The translations under genes were made by a program, and so were the position numbers. A stretch of DNA of 57,691 nt, from contig CALLBC010000033.1 in NCBI GenBank assembly GCA_938001965.1, positions 1-57,691 on the forward strand, written 5' to 3'. The notes under the pieces were generated by a model. The model saw only the letters and a program-made list of their open reading frames with translations. It was not told where the DNA came from and made no database searches. Each line of letters opens with the position of its first letter. Positions within the stretch are counted from its first letter, which is position 1. Shown here in pieces: positions 16,472-25,415 of this stretch. This stretch comes from an uncultured Bdellovibrionales bacterium (lineage in GTDB: Bacteria > Bdellovibrionota > Bdellovibrionia > Bdellovibrionales > UBA1609).

Positions 16472-17689
16472 ATGAATTTAAGTGAGTATAAATCACCAGC
16501 CTTGTGCCTTAGTGGCGGCGGAATAAAAGCTGCAGCATTCCATATTGGAGTATGCCTAGCCCTAAAAGAACTCGGTTTTTCTTTTGCTGGCGGGTCTGAG
16601 TCCTATGTAAATAACAACTTTGATACTGAGGATAGCTCTCTCACATTCAAGACCTATGTCGGGTCTAGCGCTGGTTCTGTTGTATGCAGTTTTCTTGCTG
16701 CGGGATTTAGTATTGAATCTATTATTGAGGCCTTCACCCAGGGCAATGGCATAGACGGCTTTAAAAGAAATGATGACCATAGCGAAACATCTAATTTAAA
16801 GCCTCTATCATATAAAGACCTTTTTGCAGTAAACTTAAACGCCTCACCTGTTAAAATTATATCTAACATATTTAGAAAAACCATTAATATGAAGGGTGGC
16901 TTTGAGGTGATGCTTAAGAAAAACCTTAAATACAATGGCTTTTTTTCCACATCAAACCTTGAAAAGTACCTAAGAGAAAATGTTTTCCCAAACTCAAATG
17001 AGTTTAAAGACTTAGGAGTTTCTCTATTTATTATAGCCACACAACTTAATCATTCACGCAAAGCTATTTTTGGCCCCTTTGATGAAACAATTAAAAATAA
17101 AGCTGCTAAGTATGCTAACTATGCCACTATTAGCCAGGCCGTTGCTGCCTCAACTAGCCTACCCCCTGTTTTTTCCCCTTACGGCATTACCAACCAAAAG
17201 GGCAAAGAAATACAGTTCTTCGATGGCGAAATACGTGACACTCTTTCTACCCACGTTGCTTCTGACAATGGCTCAGATCTTGTAATTGCCTCATACTCAA
17301 TACAGCCATATCACTACAACGAAGAGGTTGGATCTTTGCATGAGTATGGAATACCAGTAATTTTAAATCAGGCGCTTTACCAAGTTGTTCAACAAAAGAT
17401 TGATTCCCACAGAAAGCATCGTAAAAATATTAAAGAAATTATTAGCTCCATTGAAGGTTATTTAAAGCAAATTAACTTGGAAAAGAAGCATCGAAATAAA
17501 CTAATCGATATCATTGTTAAAAAAACTAAATTCAAAGAAAATGTGGAGTATGTATATATACACCCTAGTCCACACGATAATGAGATGTTTTTTTCGGATC
17601 ACTTTAGCTTAAACCCTGAAATTTTAAACTCAATTGTTCGCACAGGTTTTAAATCTGCAATGAATAAACTAAGACACTATAAGGTTTAG
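16472..17689 (+). CDS. Patatin-like phospholipase
   Basis: LSGGGIKA oxyanion loop, GSSAG nucleophile elbow, ASTSLPPVF and FDG catalytic Asp. Confidence 0.92.
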   Translation: MNLSEYKSPALCLSGGGIKAAAFHIGVCLALKELGFSFAGGSESYVNNNFDTEDSSLTFKTYVGSSAGSVVCSFLAAGFSIESIIEAFTQGNGIDGFKRNDDHSETSNLKPLSYKDLFAVNLNASPVKIISNIFRKTINMKGGFEVMLKKNLKYNGFFSTSNLEKYLRENVFPNSNEFKDLGVSLFIIATQLNHSRKAIFGPFDETIKNKAAKYANYATISQAVAASTSLPPVFSPYGITNQKGKEIQFFDGEIRDTLSTHVASDNGSDLVIASYSIQPYHYNEEVGSLHEYGIPVILNQALYQVVQQKIDSHRKHRKNIKEIISSIEGYLKQINLEKKHRNKLIDIIVKKTKFKENVEYVYIHPSPHDNEMFFSDHFSLNPEILNSIVRTGFKSAMNKLRHYKV

Positions 17690-19173
17690 AATAAAACCAT
17701 TACTGATTTTAAAACATACATATAAAGATTATTTGCAAACACACCAAAGATTACTAAAAAAGCCGAAAACGATAGCACAGCCATAATTGAAAATCTTTTT
17801 TCTCTATAGTTAATAACTTGAACTAGCTCTGACACATCCTTAGAAAAATACATGTTCACAATTGGCCTTAGATAGTAAAATACACTGATCACTGAACCAA
17901 TCACAGCCCAAACACTTAACCAAATATAGCCTTGCTTTAAGGCCGCTGATATTACAAAAAACTTAGAGAAAAAACCCATCAAAGGAGGTATTCCAGCTAA
18001 ACTTAATAGCGTAATCGTAAGTGCTGCAGACAACCAGGGCCTTGAGTAACCCATGCCCTTTAAGTCTGATACATTTAATAATGTACTATGTCTTTTTTCT
18101 AAAATATTAATCACACCAAAGGCTGCCAAAGACATGAATGCATAGGCTACTAAGTAAAATATCATCGATGCGCCGCCAGCTAGGGCATCCCCACCAACTC
18201 CTGCTGCTAGTAATCCCAACAAAGCATAGCCAGTATGAGCCACGCCAGAGTAAGCAAAAACACGCTTTAAGTTATCCTGCATGATAGCTGCAAAGTTACC
18301 CACTAATATAGTTAAGGCTGCTAACCACTCAAGTGAGTTTATGATCATTATAGTTCTGTCGCCAGTAAGGAAATTGGTTCCAAACCATCTAAGTAAAGCA
18401 TAAAAACTCACAATCTTTACACCTGTTGCCATAAAAGTTGTTAAAGGTGTTGGAGACCCTTGATAAACATCAGGAGCCCATGAAAAAAATGGAAAGGCTG
18501 CAACTTTGAAAAAGAAACCTAATGTTAGCATTAAGGCACCAATTAAAAATATTCTACTAGTACTAATTAGCTCTGCTGCGACGGCGCCTATTTGACCTAA
18601 ATATGTTGATCCCACTGAACCATAAATAAATGAGATCCCGTATAAAAAGATAGCTGAGGCTAAACTTCCTAAAATAAAATATTTTAAAGCTGACTCTTTA
18701 GATAAGTGCTCTTCATAGGTTAAAGTAATGGCCATATACAAACATAAAGACATAACTTCAATACCAATGAATAAGACAATCAAGTCATTGGACATAATTA
18801 CTACTAACATTCCAAGGGTGGAGTTCATAATTAAAAATAAAAGCTCAGAAAATAAACCCCGATCTGTGAATGAACTTTCTTTTGCATATATAATTGATAT
18901 TGCCGCTGAAATTAAAACAATTAAGGACGTAAAAACAGCCGCTGAATCTAACTTTAGTGCCTGCGAAAAGGCATAAGAGTTAGTTCTCTCCATGACTAGC
19001 AACAAACCAAAAGAAACCATTATTCCTGTTAAGGCATAAAGTACAGAGCCTGCTAAGTTGATTTCCTTGTTCCCTCTAAATACTTTCAAGAAAAGTGGAG
19101 GCAAACTCCCCACAAATAAAGCTATTAAAGGAGAAATTATAAATAAATCTCTTAATCCAAAATCAATTTCCAT
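17686..19173 (-). CDS. nuoN: NADH-quinone oxidoreductase subunit N
   Basis: ESALKYFILG, FKVAAFPFFSWAPDVYQGSP and SLAGIPP motifs. Confidence 0.96.
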   Translation of the reverse strand: MEIDFGLRDLFIISPLIALFVGSLPPLFLKVFRGNKEINLAGSVLYALTGIMVSFGLLLVMERTNSYAFSQALKLDSAAVFTSLIVLISAAISIIYAKESSFTDRGLFSELLFLIMNSTLGMLVVIMSNDLIVLFIGIEVMSLCLYMAITLTYEEHLSKESALKYFILGSLASAIFLYGISFIYGSVGSTYLGQIGAVAAELISTSRIFLIGALMLTLGFFFKVAAFPFFSWAPDVYQGSPTPLTTFMATGVKIVSFYALLRWFGTNFLTGDRTIMIINSLEWLAALTILVGNFAAIMQDNLKRVFAYSGVAHTGYALLGLLAAGVGGDALAGGASMIFYLVAYAFMSLAAFGVINILEKRHSTLLNVSDLKGMGYSRPWLSAALTITLLSLAGIPPLMGFFSKFFVISAALKQGYIWLSVWAVIGSVISVFYYLRPIVNMYFSKDVSELVQVINYREKRFSIMAVLSFSAFLVIFGVFANNLYMYVLKSVMVLF

Positions 19174-20744
19174 TACTTCACCGTCTTATTTTTAAATGCT
19201 ATTAAATTTTTATTCTCAATTTTTTCAGACTCTAAACTATAACTTAGTGTGTATTTATCTTTACTGTTTACTAAATGCTCTAGGCTTACTTTACTCCAAT
19301 CTAAAAAGTGATTGGGTAATAAGCCCATCCAAAATACTAAAATTACTAAAGGGGCCATAACGATGCACTCACGTTTTGTTATCTCAAGCTTTCCTTTGTA
19401 TTTTTCAACTAACTCACCGTATGTGCCAAAAAATACGCGCTTCACCATCCACAGCATATAAGTAGCTCCAAGAACAACTCCTAAAACTGCAAAACCAGCA
19501 AATATTTTATTTGCTCCAAAAGCTCCAATCAGGATTAAAAACTCTCCTACAAAACCATTCGTCATTGGAACTGCTATACTCGACATGGTTATAATCATAA
19601 ATATAATTGTAAACCAAGGTGCGGCCTTAGCTAAACCACCATACTTAGAGATTTCTCTGTCATGAGTTCTTTCGTAAATCATGCCGACTAACAAGAACAA
19701 AGCCCCTGTGCTTATACCATGATTTAACATTTGATAAAGGCCACCCGTAATTCCAAACTGATTTAATGAAAATAGGCCTAATACTATATAGCCCATATGC
19801 GAAACTGATGAGTAAGCCACTAGTTTTTTAATATCAGGCTGAACCATGGCCACAAGTGCGCCATAAATAATACCAATTACAGCAAGTAACATTAATACCC
19901 AAGCCCAATAAGCGGTAGCCTCTGGGAACATTGGCAATACCAATCTCAAGAACCCGTAAGTTCCCATCTTTAACATTACGCCGGCTAGGATAACTGATCC
20001 TGCTGTTGGAGCCTCAGTATGAGCATCTGGCAACCAGGTATGCACCGGAAACATTGGACACTTAATAGCAAAAGCTAAACAAAATGCAAAAAACAATAAT
20101 GTTTGAGAGTTAAGTAATGTCCCGCCTACAAATGGAATATCTAGCTTATAAAAGTCAATGAAGCTGGCACTCATTGCTCCACCCTCTAATGTGGTTGTCA
20201 TCACCATTAAAGTGATAATTGCAAGCAACATAAAAACGGAACCAAACATGGTATAAATAAAAAACTTAATGGACGCATAAATCTTTCTAGGTCCACCCCA
20301 AATCCCAATTAAAAAGTACATTGGTATTAAAGCCGCCTCAAAGAAAACATAAAATAAAATGGCATCCATTGCTAAAAATGTTCCAAGCAATGTTGTTTGC
20401 ATAACCATTAAACTAACGTAAAAAGTTTTTTGGGATTTCTCTACAGCTTTCCAGCTTCCCAATATGGTTATCGGCATCAAGAAAGTCGTCAAAAGAACAA
20501 GCCAAAAAGATATTCCGTCAATACCAACAAAGTAATTAATACCAAAAGACTTTACCCAGCTAAACTTTTCAACTAACTGCAGATCAGCTGTTCCCGGATT
20601 AAAATCTCTGAATAGTCTTAGGCTCAATATAAACTCTGCCGTTGAAAACGCCAAAGCCGTGTATTTTACCTGAGACTCTTTTGTAAACAGTAAAACTACT
20701 GCAAAAAGCAGAGGAACAAATATTAATAGTGATAACAGAAACAT
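19173..20744 (-). CDS. nuoM: NADH-quinone oxidoreductase subunit M
   Basis: GIDGIS, HTWLPDAHTEAPTAGS, LKMGTYG and LVAYSSVSHMG motifs. Confidence 0.97.
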   Translation of the reverse strand: MFLLSLLIFVPLLFAVVLLFTKESQVKYTALAFSTAEFILSLRLFRDFNPGTADLQLVEKFSWVKSFGINYFVGIDGISFWLVLLTTFLMPITILGSWKAVEKSQKTFYVSLMVMQTTLLGTFLAMDAILFYVFFEAALIPMYFLIGIWGGPRKIYASIKFFIYTMFGSVFMLLAIITLMVMTTTLEGGAMSASFIDFYKLDIPFVGGTLLNSQTLLFFAFCLAFAIKCPMFPVHTWLPDAHTEAPTAGSVILAGVMLKMGTYGFLRLVLPMFPEATAYWAWVLMLLAVIGIIYGALVAMVQPDIKKLVAYSSVSHMGYIVLGLFSLNQFGITGGLYQMLNHGISTGALFLLVGMIYERTHDREISKYGGLAKAAPWFTIIFMIITMSSIAVPMTNGFVGEFLILIGAFGANKIFAGFAVLGVVLGATYMLWMVKRVFFGTYGELVEKYKGKLEITKRECIVMAPLVILVFWMGLLPNHFLDWSKVSLEHLVNSKDKYTLSYSLESEKIENKNLIAFKNKTVK

Positions 20745-22682
20745 TTAAGACCCCATCAGTATTAGTGATAAAATTAAAATTAAACCTACAGACATATACA
20801 TGGCATATCTCTGGATATTTCCATTTTGGAGATGTTTAATGCCACGGCCACAGCCAGTAGCAAAGTCGCTTGCTAAATAAGTCACCTTATCTATAAAGTT
20901 TACATCTATATAAAGCCAAAGGCCTTTACTCGCTTCAATTAGCGGATTGATTAATTTAGAGTTATAAAACTCATCTACAAAATATTTATTTTCAACAGCT
21001 GTCGACAAAGGCCCAAGTGCTTTTGAAACTTTACTTGGTATAGATGATTTTCTTGCATAAAACATATATGCAGTCCAGGCAGCTCCAATAATTAAGGCCA
21101 TTGTCAGTGACATTATTACAATTTCATCTGCCATTGTGGCTGGGCCAGTTAATTCAATATTTTTAACCACTGGCTCAAGCCAATGCTCTAAAACATTTGG
21201 TATATGGCCTGGTAGGTAGTGAGAAATTAAATGTGGAATTCCAATCCATCCACCAATAGTTGATAACACTCCTAAAACGATTAAAGGAATTGTCATCGAC
21301 ACTGGAGATTCATGTGGATGAACATCCTTTGAAACCCTGCTTTCTCCCCAAAAAGTAAGCGCCATTAAACGAGTCATATAAAAGGCGGTCATAACTGCAG
21401 TTATTGCACCAATAACCCAGAGCACTTTGCTTCCTGCAGGGCTAGCGAAGGTGTACCATAAAATTTCATCTTTACTGAAGAAACCAGCTAATGGCGGAAT
21501 ACCAATAATTGCTAGCCAACCCAGAAGGAATGTAAAGTGAGTGATTGGCATATACTTTTTAAGCCCACCCATTTTTCTAATATCTTGCTCTTCGTGCATA
21601 GCATGAATAACACTTCCAGAACCTAAGAACATTAATGCTTTAAAAAATGCATGAGTCATTAAATGAAACATGGCTGGAACAAAAGCTCCCACACCCACAG
21701 CCAGGAACATATAACCTAATTGTGAGACAGTAGAGTAAGCCAATATTTTTTTAATATCATTTTGAGTGATAGCAATGGTTGCTGCAAAAAATGCTGTTAA
21801 AGCACCAATAATTGCAATTAACATCATCACATCTGGTGCAAGCATATACATTCCACTTAATCTAACAATTAGATAAATCCCTGCTGTTACCATTGTAGCG
21901 GCATGAATTAAGGCCGAAACTGGTGTTGGGCCAGCCATGGCATCTGGCAGCCAAACATAAAGTGGAATTTGTGCAGACTTGCCTGTTGCTCCAATAAATA
22001 AAAATAAACAAGCTAACGTAATTGGGCCAGACCATCCAGACTCAGCCGTTGCAGGCAATAGTGATGTTATACTTGAAAACTCTATAGTTCCAAAATTTGT
22101 AAAAACCAAAAATAAACCAATTAAAAAAGCTGCATCACCGATTCTGTTGGTAATAAATGCCTTCATACCAGCAGCTGCTTTTTGTTGATCGGTGAACCAA
22201 AATCCAATTAATAAATATGAACAAAGTCCCACGCCTTCCCAGCCAACGAATAGAACCAAAAGGTTATCGCCAAGGACTAAAAGCAACATATTAAATATAA
22301 ATAGATTTAAGAATGAGAAGTATTTAGATGGTCGCTCATCATGTGACATATAACCAATACTGAATAAATGAATTAATGACCCAACCCCAGTTATAATTAA
22401 GATCATAACTGCGCTAATCGGATCTAATAAAAAACTCGCATTAGCGCTAAAGTCACCAATATTTATCCAATCAAAGAGGTGAACAGTGATGGACCTGGCT
22501 CCTTCTTCAAGGCCAATGAGCTTTGCCACTAATATCACTGATATTAAAAAGGAAGCTCCAACCGCAGCTGTACCTACTATGCCAGCTAACTTATAGTTTT
22601 TACTTTTAAAACGAATTCCATTAAACAAAAAGCCCAGTAATGGAAAAATAAACAATAGTGAAAATAATAATGTATTCGACAT
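20745..22682 (-). CDS. nuoL: NADH-quinone oxidoreductase subunit L
   Basis: GWEGVGLCSYLLIGFW, GKSAQIPLYVWLPDAMAGPTPVSALIHAATMV and THAFFKA motifs. Confidence 0.98.
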   Translation of the reverse strand: MSNTLLFSLLFIFPLLGFLFNGIRFKSKNYKLAGIVGTAAVGASFLISVILVAKLIGLEEGARSITVHLFDWINIGDFSANASFLLDPISAVMILIITGVGSLIHLFSIGYMSHDERPSKYFSFLNLFIFNMLLLVLGDNLLVLFVGWEGVGLCSYLLIGFWFTDQQKAAAGMKAFITNRIGDAAFLIGLFLVFTNFGTIEFSSITSLLPATAESGWSGPITLACLFLFIGATGKSAQIPLYVWLPDAMAGPTPVSALIHAATMVTAGIYLIVRLSGMYMLAPDVMMLIAIIGALTAFFAATIAITQNDIKKILAYSTVSQLGYMFLAVGVGAFVPAMFHLMTHAFFKALMFLGSGSVIHAMHEEQDIRKMGGLKKYMPITHFTFLLGWLAIIGIPPLAGFFSKDEILWYTFASPAGSKVLWVIGAITAVMTAFYMTRLMALTFWGESRVSKDVHPHESPVSMTIPLIVLGVLSTIGGWIGIPHLISHYLPGHIPNVLEHWLEPVVKNIELTGPATMADEIVIMSLTMALIIGAAWTAYMFYARKSSIPSKVSKALGPLSTAVENKYFVDEFYNSKLINPLIEASKGLWLYIDVNFIDKVTYLASDFATGCGRGIKHLQNGNIQRYAMYMSVGLILILSLILMGS

Positions 22683-22684
22683 TC

Positions 22685-23011
22685 CTAACCCTTTAACTGT
22701 TCAAAAAAGCTAATATTTACTTCTTTAAATCTTTTAAAAATTGTTACCGCAATGGCAAGACCAACCCCAGCTTCAGCAGCGGCGATTGTCATTACAAAGA
22801 AAACCATAACCTGGCCGTTTATGTTTTGTGAAAAGTGGCTAAAAGCCACAAAAGACAAGTTTACAGCATTGAGCATTAATTCAATACTCATTAAAATTAC
22901 TAGAACATTTCTTCTAACTAAAACACCAACCATGCCAATACAAAATAATGCTGCTGATACAATTAGGTAGTGATTTAGTCCTATAGCTGCCAAAGATTCA
23001 AAGTTAAGCAT
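22685..23011 (-). CDS. nuoK: NADH-quinone oxidoreductase subunit K
   Basis: RRN...[11 protein letters not shown] and [10 protein letters not shown] motifs; start reassigned to ATG 23011. Confidence 0.96.
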   Translation of the reverse strand: MLNFESLAAIGLNHYLIVSAALFCIGMVGVLVRRNVLVILMSIELMLNAVNLSFVAFSHFSQNINGQVMVFFVMTIAAAEAGVGLAIAVTIFKRFKEVNISFFEQLKG

Positions 23012-23534
23012 GCGTGCCCCCTTTGATTCTTGATACGGCAACTGCTCCCACGGCAATTAGTAAAAGCAGTAGACCTAATAACTCAAAGGCAAAAATATAA
23101 TCAGTATACAAAAGCTTTGCTAAATCCTTTGTTGTTGTCCCCACTCCATCCTTGTTGTGAAGAGTGGCGCCCATTGAAAGCAAGTCAGAAGACATATAAA
23201 TAGCTCCAGCGATCAAACCCCAGAGCCAACCAACAGAGGATACCTTTAAAAAGTTCGACATACGCCCTTTAGAAAAGCTGTCCTTCTCTTTTTTGAGGTC
23301 AAACATCATCAAGACCATAACAAAGAGGACCATGACAGCCCCGGCATAAACTATGAGTTGTACACCAGCGATAAAGTAAGCCTGTAAAATAAAATAAACA
23401 AAGGCTAAGCTCACCATGGTTATAGCCAGGTAGAAAGCCGAATAAACAGGGTTGTTCGAAACAACAACCGCCAAGGCAAAGCACAATACAATAAAAGAAA
23501 GGCCATAAAATAAAAGGACCGAAATATCCATCAT
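23004..23534 (-). CDS. nuoJ: NADH-quinone oxidoreductase subunit J
   Basis: [25 protein letters not shown] and YIFAFE motifs. Confidence 0.96.
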   Translation of the reverse strand: MMDISVLLFYGLSFIVLCFALAVVVSNNPVYSAFYLAITMVSLAFVYFILQAYFIAGVQLIVYAGAVMVLFVMVLMMFDLKKEKDSFSKGRMSNFLKVSSVGWLWGLIAGAIYMSSDLLSMGATLHNKDGVGTTTKDLAKLLYTDYIFAFELLGLLLLLIAVGAVAVSRIKGGTHA

Positions 23535-24772
23535 TAACTCCAGTTAGTTCTCATAATAAAAATTACTATGGCTGTTATAATCGTATTAAAAAGGGCCCAA
23601 GGAAGCATAGTTTTCCAACCAAGGTCCATCAATTGGTCATATCTGAAGCGAGGGATAGTCCACCTCACCCAAACAAATACCCAAAGGAAAAATAAAATTT
23701 TAGCAAACATGGCAATATGAAAAACAAAGGCTGTTCCAATGGCTGCCTTATTGGCCGAAAACCCTAGTGCCTCAGCTAATGAGTCTCCAACAAAAGGAGC
23801 CCAACTTGCTACAGTTGTTAAAAGTGGGTCAATTGCTTGGCCAAACCAAGTGACGCCAGCATTAACATCCTCTGCTGTTACAAAAGGGATGTCATAACCA
23901 CCAAAATAAAATACAGCCATTAATGCTGAGGCCGCCATCATATGACCGTACTCACCGATATAAAACATATTCATTTTTAAACCACTGTACTCAGTGTGAT
24001 AACCAGCTACTAGTTCTGCCTCTGCCTCTGGCAGGTCAAATGGAGTTCTATTTGTTTCAGCAAATACCGCTGTAAGAAAAATTATGGCACCCAACGGCTG
24101 ATAAAATATTCCCCAGTTGGGTAAAAAACCTAAAGTGACTTCCTTGCCAAACCACATAAAGTTTAATGGGCCTTGTTGAGCCGCGATCATTTCTGAAAAA
24201 TCAAAAGTTCCGTAAAGCAGTAATACACCTACAATCGATAACCCCAAGGCTAACTCATAACTAATGGATTGGGCACATGCTCTAAGAGCTCCTAGCAATG
24301 AATATTTATTATTTGATGCCCAGCCCGCCATTAACATTGCATACGGGCCTAGTGAAGAAATACCTAAGACAAATACAATACCAATTCCCAGTTCAAAACT
24401 TTGAAAAGCAAACCGATAAGGACCATAAGATTCGCCAAACATTGTAAAAGCCTCAATATTTATTGGCATTGATAGTGGTATTGCTCCAAACGCCAAAGCT
24501 GCAGGAATTAATGAAACCACAGGGGCGGCATAAAAAATAAATTTTTTGGTTTTCTCAGGAATAAACTCTTCTTTAAAAATAAATTTTACAGCATCGGCCA
24601 ATAATTGAGTTAGACCCAAAGGACCAATACGGTTTGGACCTAATCGATTTTGAATAAAAGCTGAACCACGTCGCTCCACCCAAACTAATAATGGCACTAA
24701 TTGCACCATCATCACAAAAATTATAATCATTTTAATTAAGTTAACACTTATTTCAAATAAATCTGAACCCAT
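23534..24772 (-). CDS. nuoH: NADH-quinone oxidoreductase subunit H
   Basis: ERR...QNRLGPNRIG, AETNRTPFDLPEAEAELVAGYHTEYS and PRFRYDQLM motifs. Confidence 0.98.
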   Translation of the reverse strand: MGSDLFEISVNLIKMIIIFVMMVQLVPLLVWVERRGSAFIQNRLGPNRIGPLGLTQLLADAVKFIFKEEFIPEKTKKFIFYAAPVVSLIPAALAFGAIPLSMPINIEAFTMFGESYGPYRFAFQSFELGIGIVFVLGISSLGPYAMLMAGWASNNKYSLLGALRACAQSISYELALGLSIVGVLLLYGTFDFSEMIAAQQGPLNFMWFGKEVTLGFLPNWGIFYQPLGAIIFLTAVFAETNRTPFDLPEAEAELVAGYHTEYSGLKMNMFYIGEYGHMMAASALMAVFYFGGYDIPFVTAEDVNAGVTWFGQAIDPLLTTVASWAPFVGDSLAEALGFSANKAAIGTAFVFHIAMFAKILFFLWVFVWVRWTIPRFRYDQLMDLGWKTMLPWALFNTIITAIVIFIMRTNWS

Positions 24773-24775
24773 AAA

Positions 24776-25147
24776 TTAATCCCACTCTAGTGCTTTAGAT
24801 TTAATTTCCCAAACTAAGCCAATTATAAAAATTAATAAAAACACGCCCATTGCACCAAGCATGTATAGACCCTGTCCTTCCTTAATAAAGTCTCCATATG
24901 CTATTGCCCATGGATACATAAAAATAATTTCAATATCAAAAAGGATAAATAAAATTGCTGTTAAATAATAACGAACTGAGATTTTGGAATGACCCGTGGT
25001 TTGAACATCAATACCACATTCATAGGTTGAGTTTTTAGCATCAGAGTTTTTAGGTTTTGGACCAACAAGTGATACTAAAAATAACAGGGCCGTACCAAAT
25101 AGGACCACGAAAATAGTTAAAGCAATGATGGGCGCCAGGCTGTTCAT
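24776..25147 (-). CDS. nuoA: NADH-quinone oxidoreductase subunit A
   Basis: YECG, YYLTAILFILFDIE, YPWA and ALEW motifs. Confidence 0.97.
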   Translation of the reverse strand: MNSLAPIIALTIFVVLFGTALLFLVSLVGPKPKNSDAKNSTYECGIDVQTTGHSKISVRYYLTAILFILFDIEIIFMYPWAIAYGDFIKEGQGLYMLGAMGVFLLIFIIGLVWEIKSKALEWD

Positions 25148-25415
25148 ATTTTACCTCATAATTAAATGTGATTTCTTATACAACTTACACTAATAAAGAT
25201 CTATGATATCGACTATATATTGCCGTGCAATAAATAACTATAAAAACTCAGGATATTAAAAACTTAGCTGCGCTTTGCCATTCACATTTCAAGCCTGCTT
25301 ACCGACCTAAGACAGCCCAAAATCTTGTACTAGTAACTTCCAAAATAAACTTCTATTTCTTACTTTCATTTTGTATTAATCCTCTGTAAATTCAGCTTGA
25401 AAATAGGGGCTCAAA

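Noticed and set aside
16472-17689. Patatin as a CBASS/CapV-type defence effector
   Set aside because: No cyclase or other defence gene nearby; embedded among housekeeping genes.
23012-23056. N-terminal extension of NuoK in the ORF track
   Set aside because: Overlaps nuoJ; ATG 23011 has a GGGGG SD and gives a normal length.
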